The notes: generated by a model not told the origin, from the sequence alone. A stretch of DNA of 64,000 bases from Lachnospiraceae bacterium (GCA_030531435.1 JAUNNN010000004.1:10173-74172); one strand, 5' to 3'. Positions 50,809-60,314 are shown, counted from the stretch's first letter. Translations and numbers: made by a program.

Positions 50809-51165
50809 CTAATCAATGACACGTACGCCTTCAACGTATATGTTAATCTTTTCAATATTTAATCCAGTAAATTCTTCAACCTTATATTTTACATTATTAA
50901 TAAGGTTATCGGAAACAGCCATAATACTAACTCCATATGCAACGATTACATGGAAATCAAGTATAAGCTTATTATCATAAACAGAAACATTAATTCCGTG
51001 TGTGATGTACTCTTTCTTAAGTAACTTAACAAGGCCGTCTTTAACATTGACAGAAGCCATTCCAACTATTCCAAAACATTCAACTGCAACTGTGCCTGCA
51101 TACTGCGCAATTACATCAGTATCAATGCTTACATTTTCAACACTTGTATTTACGTATCCCTTCAT
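50809..51165 (-). CDS. Asp23/Gls24 family envelope stress protein (YloU)
   Basis: 118 aa. IAQYAGTVAVECFGIVGM... is typical of Asp23. Upstream of yloV. Confidence 0.88.
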   Translation of the reverse strand: MKGYVNTSVENVSIDTDVIAQYAGTVAVECFGIVGMASVNVKDGLVKLLKKEYITHGINVSVYDNKLILDFHVIVAYGVSIMAVSDNLINNVKYKVEEFTGLNIEKINIYVEGVRVID

Positions 51166-51251
51166 AACCTAGTCCCTCCTTTTTATATTTATGGAAAACC
51201 GATAATATTATACTATTATTTTCTTAAAAATAAAAGAAATTTTAAAAAGTG

Positions 51252-51280
51252 TTGCATTACTTTATTTTATCTGATAAAAT
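51252..51280 (+). promoter_or_regulatory. sigma-A promoter for rpmB (extended -10)
   Basis: TTGCAT (51252-51257), a 17-nt spacer, then TGaTAAAAT (TG at 51272-51273, -10 at 51275-51280). Confidence 0.6.
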
Positions 51281-51345
51281 ATCTTTCGTTGTGACCGTGT
51301 TTACGGTATTATAATGCGATTCAAACCCAAGGAGGTGTTAATAAT

Positions 51346-51531
51346 ATGGCAAAATGTGATGTATGTGGAAAAGGCGTTCACTTCGGTAATAACGTATCTC
51401 ATTCACACAGAAGATCAAACAGAATGTTCTTTGCAAACGTTAGAAAGGTTAAAGCTGTTGTAAACGGAACACCTAAGACAATGCATGTTTGTTCTAGATG
51501 CTTAAAGTCTAACGCAGTAGAAAGAGCTTAA
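51346..51531 (+). CDS. rpmB: 50S ribosomal protein L28
   Basis: MAKCDVCGKG..FGNNVSHSHRRSNR...NV is canonical L28. AGGAGG RBS upstream. Confidence 0.95.
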   Translation: MAKCDVCGKGVHFGNNVSHSHRRSNRMFFANVRKVKAVVNGTPKTMHVCSRCLKSNAVERA

Positions 51532-51542
51532 TTCCAAAATAT

Positions 51543-51570
51543 AAAAAAACAGCCGTTAGGCTGTTTTTTT
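51543..51570. terminator. bidirectional intrinsic terminator between convergent rpmB and ytfJ
   Basis: AAAAAAA-CAGCC-GTTA-GGCTG-TTTTTTT. Symmetric A and T tracts would serve both strands. Confidence 0.8.
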
Positions 51571-51581
51571 ATTTCTATTAT

Positions 51582-51962
51582 TTATTCATCTAATGCTGCG
51601 CTAATTGCATCCTCATCAGAAATATTAACATTCTTCTTTTCAGCAACTTTATTCACAATATCTGGAATCATATCAAGAATCTTACCAACATTATCCTGAT
51701 TTCTAATATTAATAAGTCTTGTTGTACCTTTTGTGATAACAAGAACTGCACTTGGTGTCATCTTACCAGATAAACCACCACCGCTATTATCCTTTCCGTC
51801 CTTTTTAAAGTTTCCAGCGCCTACGCCAAAAGCCACATCAACAAATGGCACAAGAATTGTATCTCCAACAATTGTAGGTTCTCCAACAACTGTTTTGGAT
51901 GATAAAAATTCATCCATACCATTTACCATTGTTTTTACAATATCATTAAAATTATCTGCCAT
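51582..51962 (-). CDS. ytfJ: YtfJ/GerW family sporulation protein
   Basis: VVGEPTIVGDTILVPFVDVAFGVGAG....GGG...P.AVLVI is the GerW/YtfJ signature. Confidence 0.85.
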   Translation of the reverse strand: MADNFNDIVKTMVNGMDEFLSSKTVVGEPTIVGDTILVPFVDVAFGVGAGNFKKDGKDNSGGGLSGKMTPSAVLVITKGTTRLINIRNQDNVGKILDMIPDIVNKVAEKKNVNISDEDAISAALDE

Positions 51963-51965
51963 TTA

Positions 51966-52922
51966 TTAATCCTCCCGTTTAAACTCCTTAAGTGCCCTTC
52001 TTAAATTCTTATTAAAATATAACTTCCAAGCTACTTTTATTATTACAAATACTGTAATTCTTCCAGAAAGCATCAAATCGCCTTCTAAAACCTCTTCATC
52101 AAAAGTACCATCAATTTCTATTTTATCCTGAATCACCGGATACAATATTCCAAGTATTGAAAATACCTTACCTGTTGTTTCTGGATTATCAAACCCAAAA
52201 TGGAAATATCCTTTAAATCTTCTTGGCTTTATGTTTTTTAAAACTTTTGATACTTCATCTAATACAAAAGAAAGCGCTTCCTTATTTTTTTCATCATTTA
52301 CAAAGTTTGAATAGTATTCAATATTTTCATACATATCTTTAACTTTGCAAGCAGCTTCTTTTATACGATTATCAATACTTACAATAAAATCTATTACTGC
52401 ATTGACGAACTTCTCTATTTTTTCAAAGAAGCTTAATTTATCATCCGACTCATCAGGAATTTCTTCTGTATCTATCTTATGCTCTGAAGTAGTCACTTCA
52501 TATATTGACTGTTCTGAAATTTCTGATTCGTAAGAATTTATAGTTTCTTCTAGTTCGTCATCTTTCTTTTCTTCAATTTGTTTGTGTTCTGTTTTTGACT
52601 CTTCTTTTTTAGGTTTTTCTTTTTTAGTTCTAACCTTACGCCTTCTCTTTTTTTCTTTTTCTACACTAGACTTAATAGTAATTAGGGTAATTCTCACCCT
52701 GTAAAACAATTCATCCCTATATCTGACTAATATATTCAGAAAATGAAGAAGCCATGTAACTTTTACTTCAGCAAGAATGTCCCCATCTGCCTTGCCTTTA
52801 TGTCCTTTAATCTTATACCTTAACGGGACAAATAATATTGCAAGGAGAATAAGTAAAATCAGTGAAATAATAACAAGTAATGTTATCCCGATTATTTTTA
52901 ATATCAGTAAAAAAACTGTCAT
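51966..52922 (-). CDS. DUF2953 (YtfI-like) membrane protein
   Basis: N-terminal TM, a K/E-rich low-complexity spacer, and a C-terminal FHFGFDNPETTGKVFSILGILYP motif. Upstream partner of ytfJ. Confidence 0.7.
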   Translation of the reverse strand: MTVFLLILKIIGITLLVIISLILLILLAILFVPLRYKIKGHKGKADGDILAEVKVTWLLHFLNILVRYRDELFYRVRITLITIKSSVEKEKKRRRKVRTKKEKPKKEESKTEHKQIEEKKDDELEETINSYESEISEQSIYEVTTSEHKIDTEEIPDESDDKLSFFEKIEKFVNAVIDFIVSIDNRIKEAACKVKDMYENIEYYSNFVNDEKNKEALSFVLDEVSKVLKNIKPRRFKGYFHFGFDNPETTGKVFSILGILYPVIQDKIEIDGTFDEEVLEGDLMLSGRITVFVIIKVAWKLYFNKNLRRALKEFKRED

Positions 52923-52923
52923 A

Positions 52924-53265
52924 TTATCTGCATTTCTTTATAAAATACTCTCGCATTGTTATACGTGAGTCATTTTCATTAAGTCCTTCAATATAACTCA
53001 AATATTCCTCAGTCATATCTGCTACAAGACTCATGGCTGCCTCTTTATTTTCAGCGACGCCTATAATATGCACATCACGCCTTGTAGAAATACTACCTTT
53101 AAACACATGTGCAGAAAGCAGTTCAAACACATCCTTTTCATTTTGTGATAAGGCAATAATAACAGTACCTATCATGCCAGACCTAGTGTCTATTTTCTGC
53201 TTAATCTTATCAATTTTCTTTCTTGTTTTATCTGTAAGATATAAATTATCAGAATATGTAATCAT
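52924..53265 (-). CDS. hypothetical protein (113 aa)
   Basis: First ORF of the apparent ytfI/ytfJ transcription unit, with a 1-nt gap to the next gene. No recognisable motif. Confidence 0.4.
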   Translation of the reverse strand: MITYSDNLYLTDKTRKKIDKIKQKIDTRSGMIGTVIIALSQNEKDVFELLSAHVFKGSISTRRDVHIIGVAENKEAAMSLVADMTEEYLSYIEGLNENDSRITMREYFIKKCR

Positions 53266-53313
53266 ATATCAGTAATAATACCATATATTGTGGAATAATT
53301 GTATATTTTTTTC

Positions 53314-53341
53314 TTGACAATACATATAAAGGAATTATACT
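53314..53341 (+). promoter_or_regulatory. sigma-A promoter for the HD-GYP-type gene
   Basis: TTGACA (53314-53319), a 16-nt spacer, then TATACT (53336-53341). A GGGGGA RBS precedes the ATG at 53379. Confidence 0.55.
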
Positions 53342-53378
53342 TAAAGTGACGTTATGTCAACGTATATAGGGGGATAAA

Positions 53379-54440
53379 ATGGAACTCATTGCAACACCAG
53401 CTCTTAAGCCTGGTATGGAACTTGCAGAAGACGTTCTCGATAATCGAGGACATGTCATCATAAGAAAAGGCATCAAGCTTGATAAAATACTTATCGAGAA
53501 AATCAAGCTCAATTCCATTTATTGTGTAAATATTATGGAAGCTGAGGATTATGCATCAAGCTACTTTGACAAAGTCAAAAAAAGTAAAGCCTTTGAAAAA
53601 TTTAATGAGCTGTATTTTGAAAACTTTACAGCTTACAAAGTTTCTGTTGAGTTTTTAGTCTATAATAAGGCACCAATTAACAATGATGACCTTCTTGGAA
53701 TCATTGATAACATTACAAAACCACTAATTGGCCACAAAACCACAATGCTTGATATGCTTTCAGTTCTTGGTACAGAGGACAAGGATTTCCTCTTCGCTCA
53801 CGGACTTAATGTTGCACTTATTTGTAACTACACTGCAAGCTGGTTTGGACTTGATGAAGAAGAGAAAAAGCTTCTTATCCTTTGTGGATTCTATTATGAT
53901 ATAGGTAAATTCCTTGTTCCTAAGGAAATAATATTTAAACAGGGCAAACTTACTGATGAAGAATTCGATACAATGAAAAAGCATCCAGTCCTTGGATACT
54001 CACTTCTTCAGAATATTAATTTGGATCCTAACATTAAGCTTGCTACTCTTATGCATCACGAAAGATGTGACGGTTCTGGTTATCCACAAAAGATTACTGA
54101 AGAAAAAATAAATAAATTTGCAAAAATAATTGCAATTCTTGATGCATACGAAGCCATGACAAGCTATCGTTCATACAGAGAGCCACTTTGTCCATTCAAG
54201 GTTGTAGAAATACTTGAGCGTGATGGTTTTGGTAAATACGATACTGAATACTATCTTACATTCAGAAAAAGAATTGTTGATGAATACATTGGCAAAGAGG
54301 TACAGCTAAACGATGGCACAATATGTAAGGTTGTTCTCATAAATAATCATTCATTATCAAGACCAATGGTTATGAGCGATTCAGGAATGTATATAGATTT
54401 ATCCAAAGAAAAGCAGTTATCAATAGCGCAGCTAATATAA
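53379..54440 (+). CDS. HD-GYP-type domain protein with variant YD dyad; uncharacterised N-terminal domain
   Basis: FAHGLNVAL, YYDIGK (where LHDIGK is expected), KKHP, and HHERCDGSGYP. Confidence 0.82.
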   Translation: MELIATPALKPGMELAEDVLDNRGHVIIRKGIKLDKILIEKIKLNSIYCVNIMEAEDYASSYFDKVKKSKAFEKFNELYFENFTAYKVSVEFLVYNKAPINNDDLLGIIDNITKPLIGHKTTMLDMLSVLGTEDKDFLFAHGLNVALICNYTASWFGLDEEEKKLLILCGFYYDIGKFLVPKEIIFKQGKLTDEEFDTMKKHPVLGYSLLQNINLDPNIKLATLMHHERCDGSGYPQKITEEKINKFAKIIAILDAYEAMTSYRSYREPLCPFKVVEILERDGFGKYDTEYYLTFRKRIVDEYIGKEVQLNDGTICKVVLINNHSLSRPMVMSDSGMYIDLSKEKQLSIAQLI

Positions 54441-54450
54441 AACAGATATT

Positions 54451-54480
54451 AAAAAAACACCATTTTAAATGGTGTTTTTT
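54451..54480. terminator. bidirectional intrinsic terminator between the HD-GYP-type gene and the NUDIX gene
   Basis: AAAAAAA-CACCA-TTTTAAA-TGGTG-TTTTTT. Confidence 0.75.
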
Positions 54481-54922
54481 ATTTCCAAGGAAAAGTTCCA
54501 TCTCGTTTCATAGCATGATATATATTATATGCCTTTTCCAAAATATTCTTTTCATTCTGGAACTTTAGTAAGTGATATGCTTCATGGTATTTATAGTATC
54601 CCGAATCCATAAAGAATTCTTCTCTCTGTGGTTTACTATCGTAATTATCAGCTACCATCAGATACCAGTGCACTTCTTTATTTATATTCTCATCATAAAC
54701 TGAAAATGAATAGTTGCTTGTTCCAACGAACTTAATAATCTCGGCCTTAACTCCAGACTCCTCTTTTACTTCTCTAAGGGCTGTCTGCTCAAAGCTCTCG
54801 CCCTTTTCAACAGTTCCTTTTGGTAAAACCCAGCCTTCATATCTGTTATGAATATTCTTATACAGTAACAATATTTTACCACGATGAATTACTACGCCAC
54901 CGCAGCTAACTGCCTCACTCAT
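54479..54922 (-). CDS. NUDIX hydrolase
   Basis: Nudix box is GWVLPKGTVEKGESFEQTALREVKEESGV. Confidence 0.9.
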   Translation of the reverse strand: MSEAVSCGGVVIHRGKILLLYKNIHNRYEGWVLPKGTVEKGESFEQTALREVKEESGVKAEIIKFVGTSNYSFSVYDENINKEVHWYLMVADNYDSKPQREEFFMDSGYYKYHEAYHLLKFQNEKNILEKAYNIYHAMKRDGTFPWK

Positions 54923-54931
54923 TCTTTTCCT

Positions 54932-56398
54932 CTATTTCATAAAATATGCGTCAAAAACGCTTTTAGCTACAGGCACTGCCTTTTCTCCGCCAGAGCCACC
55001 TGCTTCTATTATAACAGCTATTGCAAGTTTTTCCTTATCTGTTTCTGCAAAACCTGTAAACCACGCATGAGACTTTGTCTTATCAAGACTATATTCTGCA
55101 GAACCAGTCTTTCCATAGGCTGTATATAATGATGTGTCATTTATCCTTGAACCAGTACCATCAATAATAACTTCTCGCATAAGATGTTTCATTTCATCGG
55201 CCTCATCAACACCCATGATACGTTTGTATTCTTTGCTTGAATATTTCTTTACGAGGTCACCATTTGATGATCTCACTTCAGATATAAGCATTGGCTCCAT
55301 AAGCATGCCTTTATTGGCAATTGCGCACGAAATTAGGCACATATGATATGGTGTAATACCTGTATTACCCTGTCCAATACCAGTCTGTAAAAGCTCATCC
55401 GTTGAAGATTTTTCATTAATAGGCACAAAGCTCTTCTTTTCATTATGAAGTGGGCATGGAAGCTCTTCTCCAAAAAGTAGCTCCTGACACGTTGCCCTAA
55501 ATTTTTCCCTGTCAAGTTTTGTAGTAATATTCGCAAAGGATGAGTTACATGACTTCGCAAATGATTTATCAAACCCTACTGTACCATGACTTAATCCATG
55601 ATAACAGTTAATTACTGACCCGTCAAAGGCAAATGAACCCTTACAATCAAAGGTATAATCATTATAATCACTATATTCTTTAATGTATTCGAGAGCTGTA
55701 ACAATCTTAAAGGTTGAACCGGGAGGATATAATCCCTGAGTTGCCCTGTTAAGAAGTGGTGAATTTTCACTATCATTATTGATAGTATTCCATATTTCTT
55801 TAATATCATTTGGATCAAAATCTGGTTTTGAAACCATAGTAACAATTTCACCAGTTTCACAGTTAATTACTACTACTGCGCCTTTATATCCATCAAGGGC
55901 ATTTGCTGCTGCAAGCTGAGCATTAGTATCAAGTGTTGTTACTACACTGTCACCTCTATTTTTAATACCATTTAAATCATTGTATGTTCTCTCTGAAATA
56001 TTGTTGTTAGATTTTAGCATCATGAAATTCTGAGTATTTTCAATGCCCATCTTACCATTTCCAAAGAATCCAACAACATGTGAAAAGGCGTTAGCATACG
56101 GATATATTCTTTTTTCTTCCATGCCAGGGATACTGTCTGTATAAGCTAAGGCATCGCCATTTCTTGATAATATATTTCCCCTAATAATTCTCTCTGTAAA
56201 TAATTCCTCACGCTTATTATATGTATTATTAATTATTTCCATGCTGTCTCTTGCAACAAATAAAGAAATATATACTATAAGCATTAGAAATAAGCCTACA
56301 AAAATATATGTAAGCTGAATAATCTGTTTATTACCAGATAAATCACGCTTTGATTTAATTTTTTCAAATACTTTAGATATCATTCCCATATCATTCAA
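54932..56398 (-). CDS. class B penicillin-binding protein (PbpA/FtsI-like transpeptidase, 488 aa)
   Basis: N-terminal TM. STFK (Ser228), SCN (283-285), KTGSAE. 8-nt overlap with the upstream SEDS gene. Confidence 0.9.
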   Translation of the reverse strand: MNDMGMISKVFEKIKSKRDLSGNKQIIQLTYIFVGLFLMLIVYISLFVARDSMEIINNTYNKREELFTERIIRGNILSRNGDALAYTDSIPGMEEKRIYPYANAFSHVVGFFGNGKMGIENTQNFMMLKSNNNISERTYNDLNGIKNRGDSVVTTLDTNAQLAAANALDGYKGAVVVINCETGEIVTMVSKPDFDPNDIKEIWNTINNDSENSPLLNRATQGLYPPGSTFKIVTALEYIKEYSDYNDYTFDCKGSFAFDGSVINCYHGLSHGTVGFDKSFAKSCNSSFANITTKLDREKFRATCQELLFGEELPCPLHNEKKSFVPINEKSSTDELLQTGIGQGNTGITPYHMCLISCAIANKGMLMEPMLISEVRSSNGDLVKKYSSKEYKRIMGVDEADEMKHLMREVIIDGTGSRINDTSLYTAYGKTGSAEYSLDKTKSHAWFTGFAETDKEKLAIAVIIEAGGSGGEKAVPVAKSVFDAYFMK

Positions 56399-57704
56399 AA
56401 TTTATTCCATTACGCACAGAAATATATAATCCCTGAATTATTGAAAACATTACTATAGTAACAAGTACAGATGTTCCACCATAACTTACAAGAGGTAGCG
56501 TTACCCCAGTTAAAGGAATGAACTTTGTAACTCCACCAATTGTTAAGAACACCTGGAATCCATACAAAGTCGCCAGGCCCACTGCAACATATTTATAAAA
56601 TTTATTTGTAAATCGCATTGCAATATTTAGAAACATCACAAGACAGCTGACGCACACTAGAATAAGACATATTCCAAAGAATACTCCGAATTCCTCACAT
56701 ATTGCGGCATAAATGAAATCCGCTGCAACAACTGGAATCTTTTGTGGTGCTCCACCACCTAAGCCCATTCCAAAGAACCCTCCAGTTCCTATGGCAAATA
56801 GCGACTGGGCAATCTGATAACCTGCAGTTTCAATTGTTCCAATTGGATCAAGAAATGCCTTTACTCTTACTCTAACATGAGGAAATAACTTATATCCAAT
56901 AACTGCCGCTGCTGAACCTGATAATAATCCAGCACCAAAATATAAGATATTACATGTTGCCACATAAAGGACTGATAAATAAACAACAAAAAATATTACA
57001 GCACCGCCAAGATCCTTTGATAATACAAGTATTATGACATGTATACCTGCAATAATAGTTGTCAAAACAACATTTTTAAAGTTCGTGGATTTTGCCAAAA
57101 ATCCTGATATAGCAAAAATGAAAATAATTTTTACAAACTCAGATGGCTGAAATGATATTCCAAATATTGTGAAGCTTATCTTAGCACCAAAGGTCGTAAC
57201 TGAAAACAAAAGCACAACAATAAGCGCAAATAAACCAGATATTGCATATAGCCATGAAAACTTTGAGAAAAATGGTCCTCGTCCAATAATGTATGGGATT
57301 AATGCTGTTATAACAATTGAGAAAACGGCAATAATAAACTGCCTTACTGCTTTATCAAAAGATAGACGTGCAAGCATCATGAAGCCAATCGATAAAAGCA
57401 TACACATATTGTTAATAATCAGTCTATTAGCCTTAGAATAAAAAATCTTACTGATATTAATTACAAGAACAACAAAGGTCATTGACGCCAAATAAAAATA
57501 CAAATACTTTGGATCCTTATACCTTAAAACAAGTACAATAAAAGTAATTGTATATATGGCAAGCATATACAAATTCTGTCTGAAATATATGTATTTTCTT
57601 TTTATCTCAGAATTATATCTAAAAACATTAAAGCAGGAAAATGCATATAATGCCATAAATATCGTAATTATGTATTTAGATATTTCTGTAAAAATAATAT
57701 GCAC
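56391..57704 (-). CDS. FtsW/RodA/SpoVE-family SEDS protein (second copy in window)
   Basis: Polytopic. FQPSEFVKI, ADFIYAAICEEFG, GVTLPLVSYGG. Its start overlaps the U32 stop by 1 nt. Confidence 0.88.
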   Translation of the reverse strand: MHIIFTEISKYIITIFMALYAFSCFNVFRYNSEIKRKYIYFRQNLYMLAIYTITFIVLVLRYKDPKYLYFYLASMTFVVLVINISKIFYSKANRLIINNMCMLLSIGFMMLARLSFDKAVRQFIIAVFSIVITALIPYIIGRGPFFSKFSWLYAISGLFALIVVLLFSVTTFGAKISFTIFGISFQPSEFVKIIFIFAISGFLAKSTNFKNVVLTTIIAGIHVIILVLSKDLGGAVIFFVVYLSVLYVATCNILYFGAGLLSGSAAAVIGYKLFPHVRVRVKAFLDPIGTIETAGYQIAQSLFAIGTGGFFGMGLGGGAPQKIPVVAADFIYAAICEEFGVFFGICLILVCVSCLVMFLNIAMRFTNKFYKYVAVGLATLYGFQVFLTIGGVTKFIPLTGVTLPLVSYGGTSVLVTIVMFSIIQGLYISVRNGINFE

Positions 57705-59860
57705 TAAAGTACTCCTCTGTTGAAATGTCCTCTTGTAAACTCCTTACAAGGTTTATTTCCAGTTTTATATGTATATAACGAAAATCCTTTTATAATATTT
57801 TCAATCTCATCAGCTGATTCATCTGTAAAAATAACACGTAATGAATATGGATTAATTCTTTCAATTGTATCAGCTTCACCATGTAAAGATAACGGAACAC
57901 TATTGTATACAGTATTTGAACAGAATGTGCAATCATTAATATCAATAAACTCTGCTCCCATTCTATCCTTTAATGTATAGCACTTTGTTTTTTTATCGCA
58001 TCCATTTAATGTATTATTAATACACTGCGCAGAAATCATCATAGGAAGTCGACCATATACAATCAGCTCATCCCCAGTATAATCTGCTGATAATACCTCA
58101 CCTTTGTTTAATTCCACAGGAACTGTACATCTAATAATACCAGCCTGAGAAAGCTCTGTTTTTGCGTATGAATTTAGTGCATAAAGATGTATATCACCAA
58201 TTATATCCTTCGTATAACCTATTTCTTTTAAGAAATAAATCAGTTCATAATTATCTATAAGTACACCATCTGTATAGCATAATAGTTCCTTAATGAAGCC
58301 TTTATTCTTCTCAAGATAGTTATATCTAATTACAGACTGAAATTTTAAATATAATTTCTTATTCGATGCTTTAACCTTATCAATTATGTTTTTATGATTA
58401 TTTTTTATTAATAGGCTAAGCGGAATATAAATACCTGTAACATCATCTGATTTAATAACAGCATCAAGCTGCCCTATATCCGTAATTTCGCACATAAGCC
58501 TATGCTCATACGCTGAGATCTTTTTTACCTTATTTTCACTAATAGCATTAGCTAGCGGCGTATTCCTTCTGTATTGCTTTAATATTTCTTCCTTTAAGCT
58601 ATCAAAAGCATTTCGTCTAAGCTCATTAATTTCACTTATTCTCATGAAAATGTTATCTTCAACATCATATTGAATATCTGAAATTGTAAACGCAGTATTT
58701 CCTGTTTTGTGTAACTGTTTTTCTATATCAGAAATAGCTAATGGCTTTTGAATAGACTTCTGAATAGTACCACCATATACAGTAACAGATGCATTATCTG
58801 TTGATAGTGAGAGCATTGCGTCTAATCCTTCATGCATTGATACAAATGCATATACTGGAATTTTTTTCTCACAAATGTACTGTTTAAATATTTCGTCTCT
58901 TAACTCTTCATTACTTGAAGTATAGCTTGCATCGCTGAGAGTTATCATATCTCTATCATTGTGTTTGAAATAATAACCATCAGAGTTACCACTTCTTGTA
59001 TAGAGCTTTATTAATGTATTGTAATCTTCCTCAAGTGTTTTATCTGATACAAATAATTCTGCTGCTTTACTAACACCATGTTTTTCTACTAAATCAAAAT
59101 ATCTGTCAATGTGCTTTCTGTATATACCTGTCACACCTGCAACATACTCAGGGCTCTTCATTCGACCTTCAATTTTAAAAGATGCTATATTTGCTTCACA
59201 CAGCTTTGGAATAAGCTTAAGACAGCATATATCTTTTGTACTAAGAAGATATTTACCATTATATGGTTGCCTGCATGAACCAGCACACCTGCCTCTGTTT
59301 CCTGATCTACCACCAATTAATGATGAAAAAAGACATTTACCTGAGTACGAATAACATAATGCGCCATGAACGAAACATTCAAGCTCTACTCCAGTTTCAT
59401 CATAGATATCTGATATTTCTTTTAAAGAAAGTTCTCTGGCTAAAACTGCTCTTGTAACGCCAATATTCTTAAGGAAATTGACACCTTCCTTTGAAGTAAT
59501 AGCCATCTGAGTGCTTGCATGAACATCTAAACCTGGGAAGTGTTTTGATATATATGAAATTACACCAATATCCTGTACTATAACGCCATCAAGACCAGCT
59601 TTATAAAATGGAAGTAGGGTTTCATATATATCTTCTATTTCTTTATTTTTCACAAGGGTATTTACTGTAAGGTATACCTTTGCACCCATTAAATGCGCAT
59701 AATCAATTGCTGATACTACTTCATCTTCGGTAAAATTCTTTGCATATGCTCTTGCTCCAAATTTTTCCGAACTTAAATAAACAGCGTCTGCCCCTGCATT
59801 AATTGCACTTAAAAAACAATTGTAGTCTCCACATGGAGAAAGTAATTCTGGTTTTATCAT
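57704..59860 (-). CDS. U32-family protein, long two-module form (718 aa)
   Basis: Module 1: KPELLSP.G.......AI.AGADAVY and the signature E.FVHGALCYSYSGKCLFSS....RSGNRGRCAGSCRQPY. Module 2: VYGRLPMMISAQC...GC....KC...DR.G..F.....C.FC. Confidence 0.85.
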   Translation of the reverse strand: MIKPELLSPCGDYNCFLSAINAGADAVYLSSEKFGARAYAKNFTEDEVVSAIDYAHLMGAKVYLTVNTLVKNKEIEDIYETLLPFYKAGLDGVIVQDIGVISYISKHFPGLDVHASTQMAITSKEGVNFLKNIGVTRAVLARELSLKEISDIYDETGVELECFVHGALCYSYSGKCLFSSLIGGRSGNRGRCAGSCRQPYNGKYLLSTKDICCLKLIPKLCEANIASFKIEGRMKSPEYVAGVTGIYRKHIDRYFDLVEKHGVSKAAELFVSDKTLEEDYNTLIKLYTRSGNSDGYYFKHNDRDMITLSDASYTSSNEELRDEIFKQYICEKKIPVYAFVSMHEGLDAMLSLSTDNASVTVYGGTIQKSIQKPLAISDIEKQLHKTGNTAFTISDIQYDVEDNIFMRISEINELRRNAFDSLKEEILKQYRRNTPLANAISENKVKKISAYEHRLMCEITDIGQLDAVIKSDDVTGIYIPLSLLIKNNHKNIIDKVKASNKKLYLKFQSVIRYNYLEKNKGFIKELLCYTDGVLIDNYELIYFLKEIGYTKDIIGDIHLYALNSYAKTELSQAGIIRCTVPVELNKGEVLSADYTGDELIVYGRLPMMISAQCINNTLNGCDKKTKCYTLKDRMGAEFIDINDCTFCSNTVYNSVPLSLHGEADTIERINPYSLRVIFTDESADEIENIIKGFSLYTYKTGNKPCKEFTRGHFNRGVL

Positions 59861-59864
59861 AATA

Positions 59865-59890
59865 ACTAAAAAGGCTGTCTAACGACAGCC
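59865..59890 (-). terminator. intrinsic terminator after zapA
   Basis: Minus strand reads AGGCTGTC-GTTA-GACAGCCT followed by TTTTAG. Confidence 0.8.
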
Positions 59891-59896
59891 TGTACA

Positions 59897-60259
59897 CTAC
59901 TTTTTCTTTGAAAAATCATCTTGATAGCTCTTAATCATTTTATCTTTTGACTCAAGCTTAATCTGTGATGTAATAAGTTCATGTTTTAAATCATACAATT
60001 CCTTATCTTTCATTTCTATTTCATCCTGTAAAGCTTTAATCTGGTCCATTGCTTTAAAATAATCATCCGCAATATTAAGCTGAACAAGAATACTCTGCAT
60101 TTCGAGAGGCTGTCGTCTGAAAGCATCTGTACTATTAAATTCCTGAAGCTTGCCGTTTAAATATCCGGCAACTTTCTGCATATATTCTTCACTTTCGCTT
60201 CCGCTAAGTGTAATAACTTTTCCGCCGATAACTACTTCACAATCATTTCTAGATGTCAT
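59897..60259 (-). CDS. zapA: cell division protein ZapA
   Basis: 120 aa. V.IGGKVITLSGSESEEYMQKVAGYLN, then a C-terminal coiled coil. Confidence 0.8.
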   Translation of the reverse strand: MTSRNDCEVVIGGKVITLSGSESEEYMQKVAGYLNGKLQEFNSTDAFRRQPLEMQSILVQLNIADDYFKAMDQIKALQDEIEMKDKELYDLKHELITSQIKLESKDKMIKSYQDDFSKKK

Positions 60260-60314
60260 AACTTGAAACCTTTCTTAAGCTAATACCCCTAAAATTATAT
60301 ACTTTATCAGGCTA

